Below, in pieces: positions 10,938 to 21,098 of a DNA stretch of 64,000 nt. This DNA is from Gammaproteobacteria bacterium. Its GTDB lineage: Bacteria; Pseudomonadota; Gammaproteobacteria; CAJXQU01. Made by a program: the position numbers and the translations under genes. Location: positions 800,001 through 864,000 of the forward strand of contig CBDEGZ010000003.1 in the NCBI GenBank assembly GCA_965238175.1, given 5' to 3'. Below the pieces are notes generated by a model. The model was given only the letters and a program-made list of their open reading frames with translations. It was not told where the DNA came from and did no database searches. Each line of letters begins with the position of its first letter. Positions within the stretch are counted from its first letter, which is position 1.

Positions 10938-11384
10938 TTGAGTAAACCTGAATATGATCAAATAAAGTTATCTAACCAATTATGCTTCTCTCTTTATTCC
11001 GCTAATAATGCTGTCATACGCGCATACCGACCTTTTCTTGAGAAGATTGATTTAACCTATTCACAATTTATTGTGATGATGGCCCTATGGGAAAAAGATG
11101 GAATCAGTTTGAAATCACTTGGGCAACAAACGCGATTGGACTCCGGCACGTTAACACCCTTGCTGAAACGCCTAGAGAAAAAAGGGTTTGTGATCCGTGC
11201 TCGTAGTGAAGAGGATGAACGTTTGCGTATGCTATCGTTAACGGATCGGGGTTGGGAGTTGCGCGACGAGGCGGCAAAAATTCCTGAATTAGTGAAATGT
11301 AAAATCGGCCTGCCTAAACCTGCTTTGCAGGAAACCTTAACTTATTGTGAAGAGATCACGAGTCAGCTTTCAAAAGATAGTTAA
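10938..11384 (+). CDS. ohrR: MarR-family regulator, OhrR-like
   Basis: TTG start after AAGGA; NQLCFSLYS sensing-Cys motif, LDSGTLTPLLKRLE, DER; two extra C-terminal Cys. Confidence 0.82.
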   Translation: MSKPEYDQIKLSNQLCFSLYSANNAVIRAYRPFLEKIDLTYSQFIVMMALWEKDGISLKSLGQQTRLDSGTLTPLLKRLEKKGFVIRARSEEDERLRMLSLTDRGWELRDEAAKIPELVKCKIGLPKPALQETLTYCEEITSQLSKDS

Positions 11385-11419
11385 AGAAATGTTTTTCTTT
11401 AATTTAAGTTTTTAGTTAT

Positions 11420-12091
11420 TTAATCCGGGCCATCCCAAGCAAGGAAATTTGCTAATAATTTCAAGCCATCATGTTGGCTTTTTTCAGGATGAAATTGGAC
11501 CGCAAAAACATTATTTAGAGTGATTGCTGAAGTAAATTCCAAACAATAATCTGTCGTCGCAGCGATGACTTGTTTTTGATCTGGCTCGACATAGTAGCTG
11601 TGCACAAAGTAGAAGCGACTACCGGGTTGGATGCCATTCCACATTGGATGATCAGCAACGGGATTAACCTGGTTCCAACCCATGTGAGGTATTTTAAGTC
11701 GTTCACCACTGATGGGATCTTTAGGATCCTCTGGGAAATGAACAACCTTACCCGGGAAAATATCTAGCCCTTTAACACCGCCATCTTCGTCACTTGTTTT
11801 CATCAGGCTTTGTAATCCGAGACAGATCCCAAAAAAAGGTTTTTCATTAATCGCTTTTCGGATCACGTCATCAAGATCCTGATCCTGAAGGTTACGCATA
11901 CAATCTCCAATAGCGCCTTGTCCTGGGAAAACCACCCGATCAGCTTTTGCAACTTCGTCAGCATTGTTAGTGACGACGACACGATGCTTGTCATTGGAGA
12001 GTTCAGCGACATGTTCAATTGCTTTGGAAACAGAACGAAGGTTACTGCCACCGTAATCGATCACGGCGACAGTTTGTCTGCTTGCGGACAT
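11420..12091 (-). CDS. hisH: Imidazole glycerol phosphate synthase glutaminase subunit
   Basis: IDYG.SNL.SV, PGQGA, GICLG, PHMGWN, FVHSY, QFHPEKS; TAATG overlap with hisB stop. Confidence 0.97.
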   Translation of the reverse strand: MSASRQTVAVIDYGGSNLRSVSKAIEHVAELSNDKHRVVVTNNADEVAKADRVVFPGQGAIGDCMRNLQDQDLDDVIRKAINEKPFFGICLGLQSLMKTSDEDGGVKGLDIFPGKVVHFPEDPKDPISGERLKIPHMGWNQVNPVADHPMWNGIQPGSRFYFVHSYYVEPDQKQVIAATTDYCLEFTSAITLNNVFAVQFHPEKSQHDGLKLLANFLAWDGPD

Positions 12092-12684
12092 TACAATTTT
12101 CCTTTGGTCGAAGGGAGTGTGCCTTGCATACGAGGATCTGGCTCAACGGCCATTCGTAATGCGCGGCCAAAGGCTTTGAAAATAGTTTCAACGATGTGAT
12201 GGGCATTCCGGCCACGAATATTATCAATATGAAGTGTGATTAAAGAGTGATTCACAAAACCTTGAAAGAATTCGTAGAATAGTTCTGTATCAAAATCACC
12301 GATCTTAGCGCGAGGGAATTTCACCTGGTATTCAAGCCCGGGGCGTCCAGAGCAATCAATGACTACACGTGACAAAGCCTCATCTAAAGGTACATAAGCA
12401 TGGCCGTAACGTCTGATGCCTTTTTTGTCGTTTAGCGCCTTAGTGAATGCCTGACCAAGCGTGATGCCAATATCTTCAACTGTGTGGTGGGCATCAATTT
12501 CCAAATCGCCTTTGGCCTTGATATCAATGTCCATTACACCATGCCGAGCAATTTGATCAAGCATGTGATCAAGGAAGGGGATCCCTGAATCAAGCTGAGA
12601 TTGCCCTGAGCCATCAAGGTTAATACTAATCTTGATTTGGGTTTCATTCGTATCGCGATCTATGCTCGCTTTGCGCTGGATCAT
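12091..12684 (-). CDS. hisB: Imidazoleglycerol-phosphate dehydratase (monofunctional)
   Basis: [26 protein letters not shown]. Confidence 0.97.
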   Translation of the reverse strand: MIQRKASIDRDTNETQIKISINLDGSGQSQLDSGIPFLDHMLDQIARHGVMDIDIKAKGDLEIDAHHTVEDIGITLGQAFTKALNDKKGIRRYGHAYVPLDEALSRVVIDCSGRPGLEYQVKFPRAKIGDFDTELFYEFFQGFVNHSLITLHIDNIRGRNAHHIVETIFKAFGRALRMAVEPDPRMQGTLPSTKGKL

Positions 12685-12732
12685 CTTCTTTATTCCAAAA
12701 CATTATACAATCAAGCTACGATACCAGAATAA

Positions 12733-13662
<930 letters not shown>

Positions 13663-13682
13663 AAAGCCCTATATCGAAATAC

Positions 13683-14561
13683 TTATGCGGCTCTTTTGCG
13701 ACGTTGCATAAAACCAAGCAGAGCCATACTAAATCCAAATAAATAAACACTGGCCGGTAGTGGAACAGCCGTTACATCTCTTGTGCCGACAGTCGCAATC
13801 AATGTTGCAAAATCAGTATAGCTAAAGGCTCTGTCGACTAGCCTTTCAGAGTTGGGCATTCCCGTAGCGCCTGTTCCCAGAAGAGAGAAGTTTGATTCTC
13901 CAGGGTTAGGAACCATTGTAGAATGATTTAAAGAAAGAGTGTGGCCTATTTCATGGGAAATAGTACCGATCAATAAGTTTGCTATTTCCGTTAAGTCAGT
14001 AGGGTCATGCATGATAGTGGCAATAATGTCTGTCAGAACTGAACCAACTAAGGTTCCAGGGTTTATAGGGGGTCTAGTGCTAGTGGCGCGACCAACACAA
14101 TCGTAGCAAGCATGTCCCAGAAAGCCCGCAGCTGCTGTTACAGGGTCGGTAGTATCGCGTTCGCCTACCTTTACAAAATAATAGCTAGTGTCGAGATTAG
14201 ATGGTGCAGTACCAACACTGCCAATCTCAAAATCAATATCTAATTCTTTACCATCAGCAAGAGTACTGGATGTATCTGTCCCGATTGTTGGGAACGCTTT
14301 AAAATCATTCCTTACACCTGTTAACACTGCATTGGTGATGGTATTAAAATTAAAACTACTGCCGAAGGCTGAGGGATCAAAAGCATCTGTAGTCACGTTG
14401 CTATCGCTATTGAATATAGTTTCTGCAGTGCCCGTAGAGGAAAAGTCCAAAACAAACGTCAACGCCTTTACATTGTGGCTGGACAGCAGCAATATTCCGC
14501 TGAAAATAAGTGTGGTGATCGATCCATAAAAATGGGGACGTGTTTGTTGAGAATGTTTCAA
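13683..14561 (-). CDS. VPLPA-CTERM (PEP-CTERM class) sorted protein with zinc metalloprotease motif
   Basis: TTG start with AGGAG RBS; signal peptide; HEIGHTLSLNH; C-terminus VPLPASVYLFGFSMALLGFMQRRKRAA. Confidence 0.85.
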   Translation of the reverse strand: MKHSQQTRPHFYGSITTLIFSGILLLSSHNVKALTFVLDFSSTGTAETIFNSDSNVTTDAFDPSAFGSSFNFNTITNAVLTGVRNDFKAFPTIGTDTSSTLADGKELDIDFEIGSVGTAPSNLDTSYYFVKVGERDTTDPVTAAAGFLGHACYDCVGRATSTRPPINPGTLVGSVLTDIIATIMHDPTDLTEIANLLIGTISHEIGHTLSLNHSTMVPNPGESNFSLLGTGATGMPNSERLVDRAFSYTDFATLIATVGTRDVTAVPLPASVYLFGFSMALLGFMQRRKRAA

Positions 14562-14649
14562 AATAATTGCTCCTATAGGATACGTTTTATTTATAATTGG
14601 ATATGATCCTAGAACATGCTGTTCAAGGATTACGCTATTTAACTGTTAT

Positions 14650-14705
14650 AGCAAGGTATGGGCTAGAAGATACTTTGAGAAAATTAATTATTTAAATTAT
14701 TGATT
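14650..14705 (-). promoter_or_regulatory. Degenerate sigma54-like -24/-12 element plus IHF consensus site upstream of the VPLPA-CTERM gene
   Basis: Minus strand TAGCCCATACCTTGCT (14665-14650; the invariant GG is AG) and AATCAATAATTTA (14705-14693) matching WATCAANNNNTTR. Confidence 0.35.
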
Positions 14706-14817
14706 TAATTAATATATTTGTAATTCTATTATTTCTTAACAGTGGATTGTAGGTAAAAAAGAGTTCTTTAAAGAACAAATATGTCTCCCACAGGTGACAC
14801 AAATGAGGATTGTGGAA

Positions 14818-15252
14818 ATGAAATTTGCAGAAAAAATACTGTCAGGTTTGTTATGCTGGTTGTTAATGATGAATTCATCTCAAGCTGATTGGGCAGCAAT
14901 CTCGGCAGAAGAATTGGCAAACAGTTCTGATCTGATTGTGGTTGGAGAAATGATCGAAGTGAACGTAGCGCCAGCACCTGAAGGAGATCACAAAGTTAGT
15001 CTGGGGGTTATCCAGATCAAAGAGGTATTGAAAGGGGAACATCAATCTGAAACGCTTTTGCTAAGGATGCCCTATATTGGAGAGGGCGTGGAACTATCCA
15101 GTTCAGACATTATTTTTACTGTTGGCCAAAATGGGCTTTGGTATTTACAAAACGTTGGGAACGATCATTATTTTGTTAATCGCCCTGACAGGTTTGTTAA
15201 ACTAAATCGGGCAACAGACAGAATTAAAGAGTTACGTTGTCGTCAAGATTGA
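14818..15252 (+). CDS. Exported hypothetical protein
   Basis: Probable start ATG 14818; signal peptide ending SQA-D; EEL...SDLIVVGE...EVLKG pattern typical of small OB-fold/TIMP-like hypotheticals. Confidence 0.65.
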   Translation: MKFAEKILSGLLCWLLMMNSSQADWAAISAEELANSSDLIVVGEMIEVNVAPAPEGDHKVSLGVIQIKEVLKGEHQSETLLLRMPYIGEGVELSSSDIIFTVGQNGLWYLQNVGNDHYFVNRPDRFVKLNRATDRIKELRCRQD

Positions 15253-15353
15253 AGCTGTTTGTTTATGAATTGGACTAGCCACAACTAAACCGAGTTCCAG
15301 GTGGTAATATAGCATCTACCAAGCTCGGAACCCGGAAAACTCATTTCAATAGA

Positions 15354-16223
15354 TTAGCGTAATTTAACGTCTCTACCATTTCGGGGTTGTATGGGTCTAT
15401 TATTGTTTCCGTCTTCTGATGCGTAAGACAGGCGACCCAGTGCATTAGTCAGTATTGAAACTTGTTCTTCAGACCAGCGCACGCTCTGTTTCATAACAAA
15501 CCAGCTTACGCCTTCTGAGCATGGTGGGGTAGTTAGCGAGCCGCTGTATGCATACGCCTTCATGTTTTTAGGAAGAAGATCTTCAACATTTATTCGATCG
15601 TCAAATGAGTAGGTAGTGCTCGCAACTTGAGGTATTAATTGCTCAAACCGCTCATTATCAGGTAAGGCACGGTTCTCCCTACCAGTCCTGATCATAACAC
15701 CAACAACTGCTAATGAACCGTCTGCAGAAGAATGAACCAGATGCATCTCAAGAGGGAAATGCGCACCACCGGCAAATGTATGTTCGCTCGGGGTATGAAA
15801 ATGGAACTGTTTTAGTTCATAGCGTTGGCCGTTGATGTTTATCTCACTACCAGGCTCATACTTAAGCTCTATTGTGTGGCCATTGTTCAAGACTTCAATA
15901 TTTGTATCATAATATTGTAAGTCTAACCGCTTGCCTCTCTTTCTGTTTTCGTGACGTCTGATATTAATAGGTGATTGCAAGGATCCATCTCCGCATGTGC
16001 TCCATTCCGGATCCAGATTAGCCCAATTATTCAGACCGATTTCTCCATCGTAGCCGAAGCTTGAATCTTCGAGAGCATCTTCCAGCAAAATACTGCCGCT
16101 TAATGTTGTTTCTCCAAAGGTAACGTTCGGATAGATTGCTAGTGCAAGATTCGTTATTACTACAGCAATGCTAGATTTTGTAAAGCGAGTGGGGGAAAAT
16201 TTGTTCATGTTCTTTAACCTCAT
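15354..16223 (-). CDS. Periplasmic alpha-class carbonic anhydrase
   Basis: QSPINI, NNGHT, QFHFHTPSEH, EMHLVH, GSLTTPPCSEGV.W, NNRPIQP; N-terminal signal-like segment. Confidence 0.95.
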   Translation of the reverse strand: MRLKNMNKFSPTRFTKSSIAVVITNLALAIYPNVTFGETTLSGSILLEDALEDSSFGYDGEIGLNNWANLDPEWSTCGDGSLQSPINIRRHENRKRGKRLDLQYYDTNIEVLNNGHTIELKYEPGSEININGQRYELKQFHFHTPSEHTFAGGAHFPLEMHLVHSSADGSLAVVGVMIRTGRENRALPDNERFEQLIPQVASTTYSFDDRINVEDLLPKNMKAYAYSGSLTTPPCSEGVSWFVMKQSVRWSEEQVSILTNALGRLSYASEDGNNNRPIQPRNGRDVKLR

Positions 16224-16383
16224 ATTATTATTAGTTTATCTGCGAATCAGACCTGATTTTGACACAGGTTAAAATAGGATTATTCCTGATAATGGTCTAT
16301 TTTTAATATGTTTCTATGGAGAACTAAGCATCTAGAATACAAGTTTGATGTTACAGAAAGTGGAAATGCTTGTCTAAATTGGC

Positions 16384-17163
16384 TTATTTTTCTCCTCTAA
16401 GCAGGTTTAGAGCAAATAATGCACGCGCATTGAGTGTCGTTTGTTTAACTATTTTTTGTCTATTTTCAGGACGTAAGTCAACAAAGGTATTGAGCACATA
16501 GGTGATAAATCCAGGTTCATTTCGTTGACCTTTGTGATTCATGTCTGGTTGATCTGGTGCATCAGTTTCGAGCAATAACCGTTCAAGAGGTAATGTCTGG
16601 ATCAAGGAGCGAATATTTTTTGATCCAGCAAATGTTGCTGCGCCACCAAAGCTTAAAAAATAACCTAAATCAATCAGTTGTTCCGCTTGTTGCAAGCTGC
16701 CATTAAAACTATGGATCATGCCTTTTCGGTGATCAATTTTTTTGATTATTTTGATCACATCTTCAACGGCTTTTCGAGCATGAATTATGATGGGCAGATC
16801 AAATTCTTTCGCAATTTCTATCTGTGCCTCAAAGAACACACGTTGTTTTATTTGATCGAGATCTTTTAGATAAAAATCCAACCCAGCTTCTCCAACAGCA
16901 ACAGGTTTTTCGTTTTTTATCCAGTCGCGCAGTTGATCAAGATCTTGTTCTTTATGTTGTTCTATAAAATACGGATGCAAGCCATAAGCGGGAAAAACAT
17001 TCGGATATTGATCCGTAATTGTTTTGGTTTTGTCCCAAGAATTAGCGGACACAGCAGGTATGATCATCGCTTCAACGCCAGCCTCTAATGCACGTTGATA
17101 CACCGCATCGCGATCAAGATCAAAACGCGGATCGTCAAAGTGGACGTGTGAATCTATCAACAT
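16384..17163 (-). CDS. TatD-family hydrolase/DNase
   Basis: DSHVH, GLHP, GEAGLD, IIHAR, HSF, LETDAPD. Confidence 0.93.
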   Translation of the reverse strand: MLIDSHVHFDDPRFDLDRDAVYQRALEAGVEAMIIPAVSANSWDKTKTITDQYPNVFPAYGLHPYFIEQHKEQDLDQLRDWIKNEKPVAVGEAGLDFYLKDLDQIKQRVFFEAQIEIAKEFDLPIIIHARKAVEDVIKIIKKIDHRKGMIHSFNGSLQQAEQLIDLGYFLSFGGAATFAGSKNIRSLIQTLPLERLLLETDAPDQPDMNHKGQRNEPGFITYVLNTFVDLRPENRQKIVKQTTLNARALFALNLLRGEK

Positions 17164-17219
17164 ATTATTTCTGTCATTAAAATAAAAACAGGATCAGAAA
17201 GTTGAGGTTACTTTGGAGA

Positions 17220-17672
17220 TTATTTTTGATTAGGCGGAACCTGCAACCAGAATGTGACGGGACCATCGTTTGTGAGAGTGACTTGCATGTCGGCGGTGAA
17301 AATACCAGTTTCGACTTTATTGTGAGTCGTCCGAGCTTTCTCGACAATATAATTATAAAGTTGTTCTCCTTCATCAGATGTTGCGGCTGAAGAGAAGCTA
17401 GGGCGCATGCCTTTTTGAGTATCAGCAGGCAAAGTAAATTGTGAAACCAGCAAAAGGCCACCGTTGATATCAGTAACACTACAATTCATTTTGTCATTGT
17501 CATCAACGAAAACACGGTAGCCGAGTAACCGCTCGAGCAACCGATCAGCTTGCTTTTCAGTGTCGCCTTTTTCGACCCCGATCAAAACAAGTAGGCCTTG
17601 ATCTATTTGCCCAACGGTTTCTCCTGCAACGTCTACTTTTGCTTGAGTGACACGTTGTAGCAGTCCAATCAT
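17220..17672 (-). CDS. dtd: D-aminoacyl-tRNA deacylase
   Basis: LQRV, VSQFTL, G.RPSF, NDGPVT. Confidence 0.96.
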   Translation of the reverse strand: MIGLLQRVTQAKVDVAGETVGQIDQGLLVLIGVEKGDTEKQADRLLERLLGYRVFVDDNDKMNCSVTDINGGLLLVSQFTLPADTQKGMRPSFSSAATSDEGEQLYNYIVEKARTTHNKVETGIFTADMQVTLTNDGPVTFWLQVPPNQK

Positions 17673-17695
17673 TTAAGATCTCGTTGAGGCGCTCG

Positions 17696-19519
17696 TTATG
17701 AGTCTTTCGGTGCTCTTGAAGCCCGTTTACGTTCATTTTCGGTGAGCATTTGTTTACGAATACGGATCGACTTTGGTGTCACTTCGACCATTTCATCGTC
17801 ATTGATAAACTCTAATGCTTGTTCCAAATCGTAACGAATTGGCGGTGTCAGGACGATATTTTCATCGGTTCCTGATGCACGTACATTAGTCAACTGCTTA
17901 CCTTTCAAAGGATTCACAACCAAATCATTAGTACGAGAATGAATGCCCACGATCATACCTTCGTAAAGATCTTCGCCATGGCCAACAAACAAACTGCCAC
18001 GTTCTTGCAGATTGAATAATGAATAACCCGAGCTTTTGCCTGGGCTGATAGAAATGAGCACACCGTTGTTTCGTTGGCCGATACCGCCGGTTTTTAATGG
18101 GCCATAATGATCAAACGTGTGATACATAAGACCCGTTCCAGAAGTGGATGTCATAAACTCCGTTCGGAAGCCGATCAGGCCACGAGCTGGAATTTCAAAA
18201 TCCAGTCGAACTCGGCCTTTTCCGTCGGGTGACATATCTTTAAGATCACCTTTTCTTTCGCCAAGACGTTCCATTACCGAGCCCTGGTGTTGTTCTTCCA
18301 CATCAATGGTTAATTGCTCATAAGGCTCAGAGGTGACGCCGTCAATTTCACGAATAATAACTTGAGGACGACCAACACCTAGCTCGAAACCTTCACGTCG
18401 CATATTTTCGATCAAAATCGAAAGATGTAATTCTCCACGACCAGAAACCAGAAAACTATTCGCATCTTCAGTATCGTCTACACGCAGCGCAACATTGTGG
18501 ATTAGCTCCTTATCAAGCCGCTCTTTGATCTGTCGGCTGGTAACATATTTACCGTCTTTGCCGGCAAATGGGGAATTGTTGACATAAAAAGTCATGCTCA
18601 CTGTCGGTTCATCAACACTTAACGGCGGTAGCGCTTCAACAGTGGCGGGGTCACACATCGTGTCGGAAATCCGAATGCCTTCGATACCCGTAATCGCGAC
18701 AATATCTCCCGCATTCGCTTCTTCCACTTCGATACGATCCAGCCCATTAAAACCTAACACCTGCATCGTCCGGCCATTGCGCGTTTTGCCATCAACGTCG
18801 ATTAAGGTGACGGGCATACTCGGTCTTACCTTGCCGCGCGTGATCCGACCGACGCCAATTGCGCCGACATAGCTGGAATAATCCAACGCACTGATCTGCA
18901 TCTGAAAAGGGCCATCAGGGTCAACTTCTGGGGGTGAAACGTGATCAACTATCGCTTGTAAAAGTGGGGTCATATCTCCGCTGGAAATATCTGATTCGAG
19001 ACTGGCGTAACCTTCAATTGCTGACGCATAAACAACCGGAAAATCCAATTGATCATCAGTCGCACCCAGTTGATCAAAAAGTTCGAAAGTTTGATCCATT
19101 ACCCAATCAGGGCGACTGCCATCACGATCAATTTTGTTGATAACCACAATCGGTTTTAAACCCTGAGCAAATGCCTTTTGGGTGACAAAACGTGTTTGTG
19201 GCATTGGGCCGTCAACCGCATCAACGAGCAGGATGACAGAATCAACCATCGACAAAATTCGTTCGACTTCGCCACCGAAATCCGCATGTCCAGGAGTATC
19301 AACAATATTGATCCGATAATCGTTCCAATTGATCGCCGTATTTTTTGCAAGAATGGTAATACCGCGTTCTTTCTCGATATCATTGCTGTCCATCACACGG
19401 CTAGGTGTATCTGCACGTTCACCCAAAGTACCGGATTGTTGTAAGAGACAATCAACCAGCGTGGTCTTGCCGTGATCAACATGTGCGACAATTGCGATGT
19501 TTCTGAGTTTGTCAGTCAA
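17696..19519 (-). CDS. typA: Translational GTPase TypA/BipA
   Basis: TTG start; [37 protein letters not shown]. Confidence 0.98.
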   Translation of the reverse strand: MTDKLRNIAIVAHVDHGKTTLVDCLLQQSGTLGERADTPSRVMDSNDIEKERGITILAKNTAINWNDYRINIVDTPGHADFGGEVERILSMVDSVILLVDAVDGPMPQTRFVTQKAFAQGLKPIVVINKIDRDGSRPDWVMDQTFELFDQLGATDDQLDFPVVYASAIEGYASLESDISSGDMTPLLQAIVDHVSPPEVDPDGPFQMQISALDYSSYVGAIGVGRITRGKVRPSMPVTLIDVDGKTRNGRTMQVLGFNGLDRIEVEEANAGDIVAITGIEGIRISDTMCDPATVEALPPLSVDEPTVSMTFYVNNSPFAGKDGKYVTSRQIKERLDKELIHNVALRVDDTEDANSFLVSGRGELHLSILIENMRREGFELGVGRPQVIIREIDGVTSEPYEQLTIDVEEQHQGSVMERLGERKGDLKDMSPDGKGRVRLDFEIPARGLIGFRTEFMTSTSGTGLMYHTFDHYGPLKTGGIGQRNNGVLISISPGKSSGYSLFNLQERGSLFVGHGEDLYEGMIVGIHSRTNDLVVNPLKGKQLTNVRASGTDENIVLTPPIRYDLEQALEFINDDEMVEVTPKSIRIRKQMLTENERKRASRAPKDS

Positions 19520-19663
19520 AAGGAGTTACCTGGTTAAAATTTAGCCGCGCATTATACGTGTGCGCCACTCAAAGAGATAGCGGCTTGATTGTAAAGCGTT
19601 ATTTAGCTCAAACTTATAATGAGAATTTAGCCTTAAGTTATGTGTAGACTTTAGGAGTAGGAA

Positions 19664-19750
19664 GGCTTCGATAATGAGATTCTTCCTGCGTCAGAATGAC
19701 AACGTAAAGCGTCATCCTGAGTCAGAGCGAAGGATCACATTATCGAAGCC
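19664..19750. repeat. REP-like palindromic doublet forming a long hairpin
   Basis: Outer arms GGCTTCGATAATG / CATTATCGAAGCC enclose GAGATTCTTC..TCAGAATGAC and GTCATCCTGAG..CGAAGGATC in inverted orientation. Confidence 0.65.
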
Positions 19751-19811
19751 CCTCAATTTTCAGTTCGGCAAAGAACCAAAAACAAAAGCTAATCTTGATC
19801 TCAAACTAACA

Positions 19812-20303
19812 CTATTCGCTATCAGAGGAACCAGTGATCCGGAAAGACAAAGTACGCTTCTCACCCAAACGCATACCTGCACTTTTTTTGTTAGCCGTCA
19901 GTTTGGATGCAAGGTCATCGATATACGCTTTGCCTTTCGTATTCCCCATTAGATAAGCGGCATAAAACCAGCCATACGCATTGATATAGTCATACTCAAC
20001 GCCCTTCCCCCGATCATAAAGCAAACCCAAATTAAGCATCGCATCGGCATTACCCTGCGCAGCAGATTTTTCATACCACTGATGGGCAAGCTTATAATCA
20101 CGATCAATACCCGCACCTAAATAATGCATCAAACCAATATAATTTTGCGCCACAGGATCATTTTTTTCAGCCTCTATGATCCAGATTTGATAGGCCGTTT
20201 CGTACTCACCGTTTTGGAAAGCGACTAATGGATCAGAATTTTGTGAGCAGGAAAATAAAAATAGGGTAAAGACAATAAACCAATATTTTTTGCTATTGGT
20301 CAT
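19812..20303 (-). CDS. Sel1-repeat (SLR/TPR) probable lipoprotein
   Basis: LFSC lipobox-like signal; AQNYIGLMHYLG.G, WYEKSAAQGNADAMLNLG.LY..G.GV Sel1 repeats; 39 bp downstream of the pilin gene. Confidence 0.85.
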   Translation of the reverse strand: MTNSKKYWFIVFTLFLFSCSQNSDPLVAFQNGEYETAYQIWIIEAEKNDPVAQNYIGLMHYLGAGIDRDYKLAHQWYEKSAAQGNADAMLNLGLLYDRGKGVEYDYINAYGWFYAAYLMGNTKGKAYIDDLASKLTANKKSAGMRLGEKRTLSFRITGSSDSE

Positions 20304-20342
20304 TTTGGTTGGTTCAAAAGATCAGAATTAATAAATGGCTGA

Positions 20343-21098
20343 TCAGGGTAGGCGGCCGGCTTGGACCATGCGGTATTTGAGGATATTTGGTGAGATCCAT
20401 ACGATCTGATCATCAAAATCACAAAAATCTTGTGAAGCATTATTATCGTCGCATGAGTTAGATTGATTTTTAGTTACAAACTCACGTATATGAAATATTT
20501 CATCACCGGGTAAAGTTATGTTTTCTAATTCATCTGTTGCATTAGCTGTTGGGGAGGCAATAACGTTTCCTTCTTGATCTGTACCACCATAACCATTTGG
20601 CCCTAGTGAAACTACGACCGCGGGGGCATCTGCGATCATAACCTCTATAGTTCTTGTTAAAGTATTTCTCCTAACGGTGATCTCCCCGTTATCACATAAA
20701 CCAAAAAATGTATCACCCACTACACATCCAATATTTGGAGGTTGTACACTTGTAAATTCTTGTGTGACTGCATAGACATAATATCTTCCCCAAGAATCGA
20801 AAGGGATGACGCCTAAGTCAAGGTTTGGGATGTTTCCAACTACGAAAGATGCTGCCGAATTACATGAAGCTTCCGCTGCACCATCATTATTAGTATCGGG
20901 GCAAGGTAAATGGCCGTTCACGATTGCATAACCAATTAAAGCTTCTTTGATATCTTCAAGTTTCTCACGTTCCTGTTGGATTTTTTTTGAGGAAATACTT
21001 GTAGATAGTGGACCTAATATTCCCCCTAGCATTAAACCAACAATTAACAAAACGATTGTTATTTCTAGTAGGGTGAAACCTTTTGAATATTTATTCAT
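20343..21098 (-). CDS. Type IV pilin-like protein with class III signal peptide
   Basis: Start 21098 overlaps upstream stop (ATGA); KG|FTLLEITIVLLIVG; LPCPD; C-terminal FDDQIVWI...AGRLP. Confidence 0.9.
   Translation of the reverse strand: MNKYSKGFTLLEITIVLLIVGLMLGGILGPLSTSISSKKIQQEREKLEDIKEALIGYAIVNGHLPCPDTNNDGAAEASCNSAASFVVGNIPNLDLGVIPFDSWGRYYVYAVTQEFTSVQPPNIGCVVGDTFFGLCDNGEITVRRNTLTRTIEVMIADAPAVVVSLGPNGYGGTDQEGNVIASPTANATDELENITLPGDEIFHIREFVTKNQSNSCDDNNASQDFCDFDDQIVWISPNILKYRMVQAGRLP

Noticed and set aside
15290-15336. Imperfect inverted repeat between convergent genes
   Set aside because: Weak pairing with no clear U tract; cannot be assigned as terminator or repeat
19674-19952. 92 aa plus-strand ORF
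   Set aside because: Runs through the palindromic repeat and antisense to the Sel1 gene
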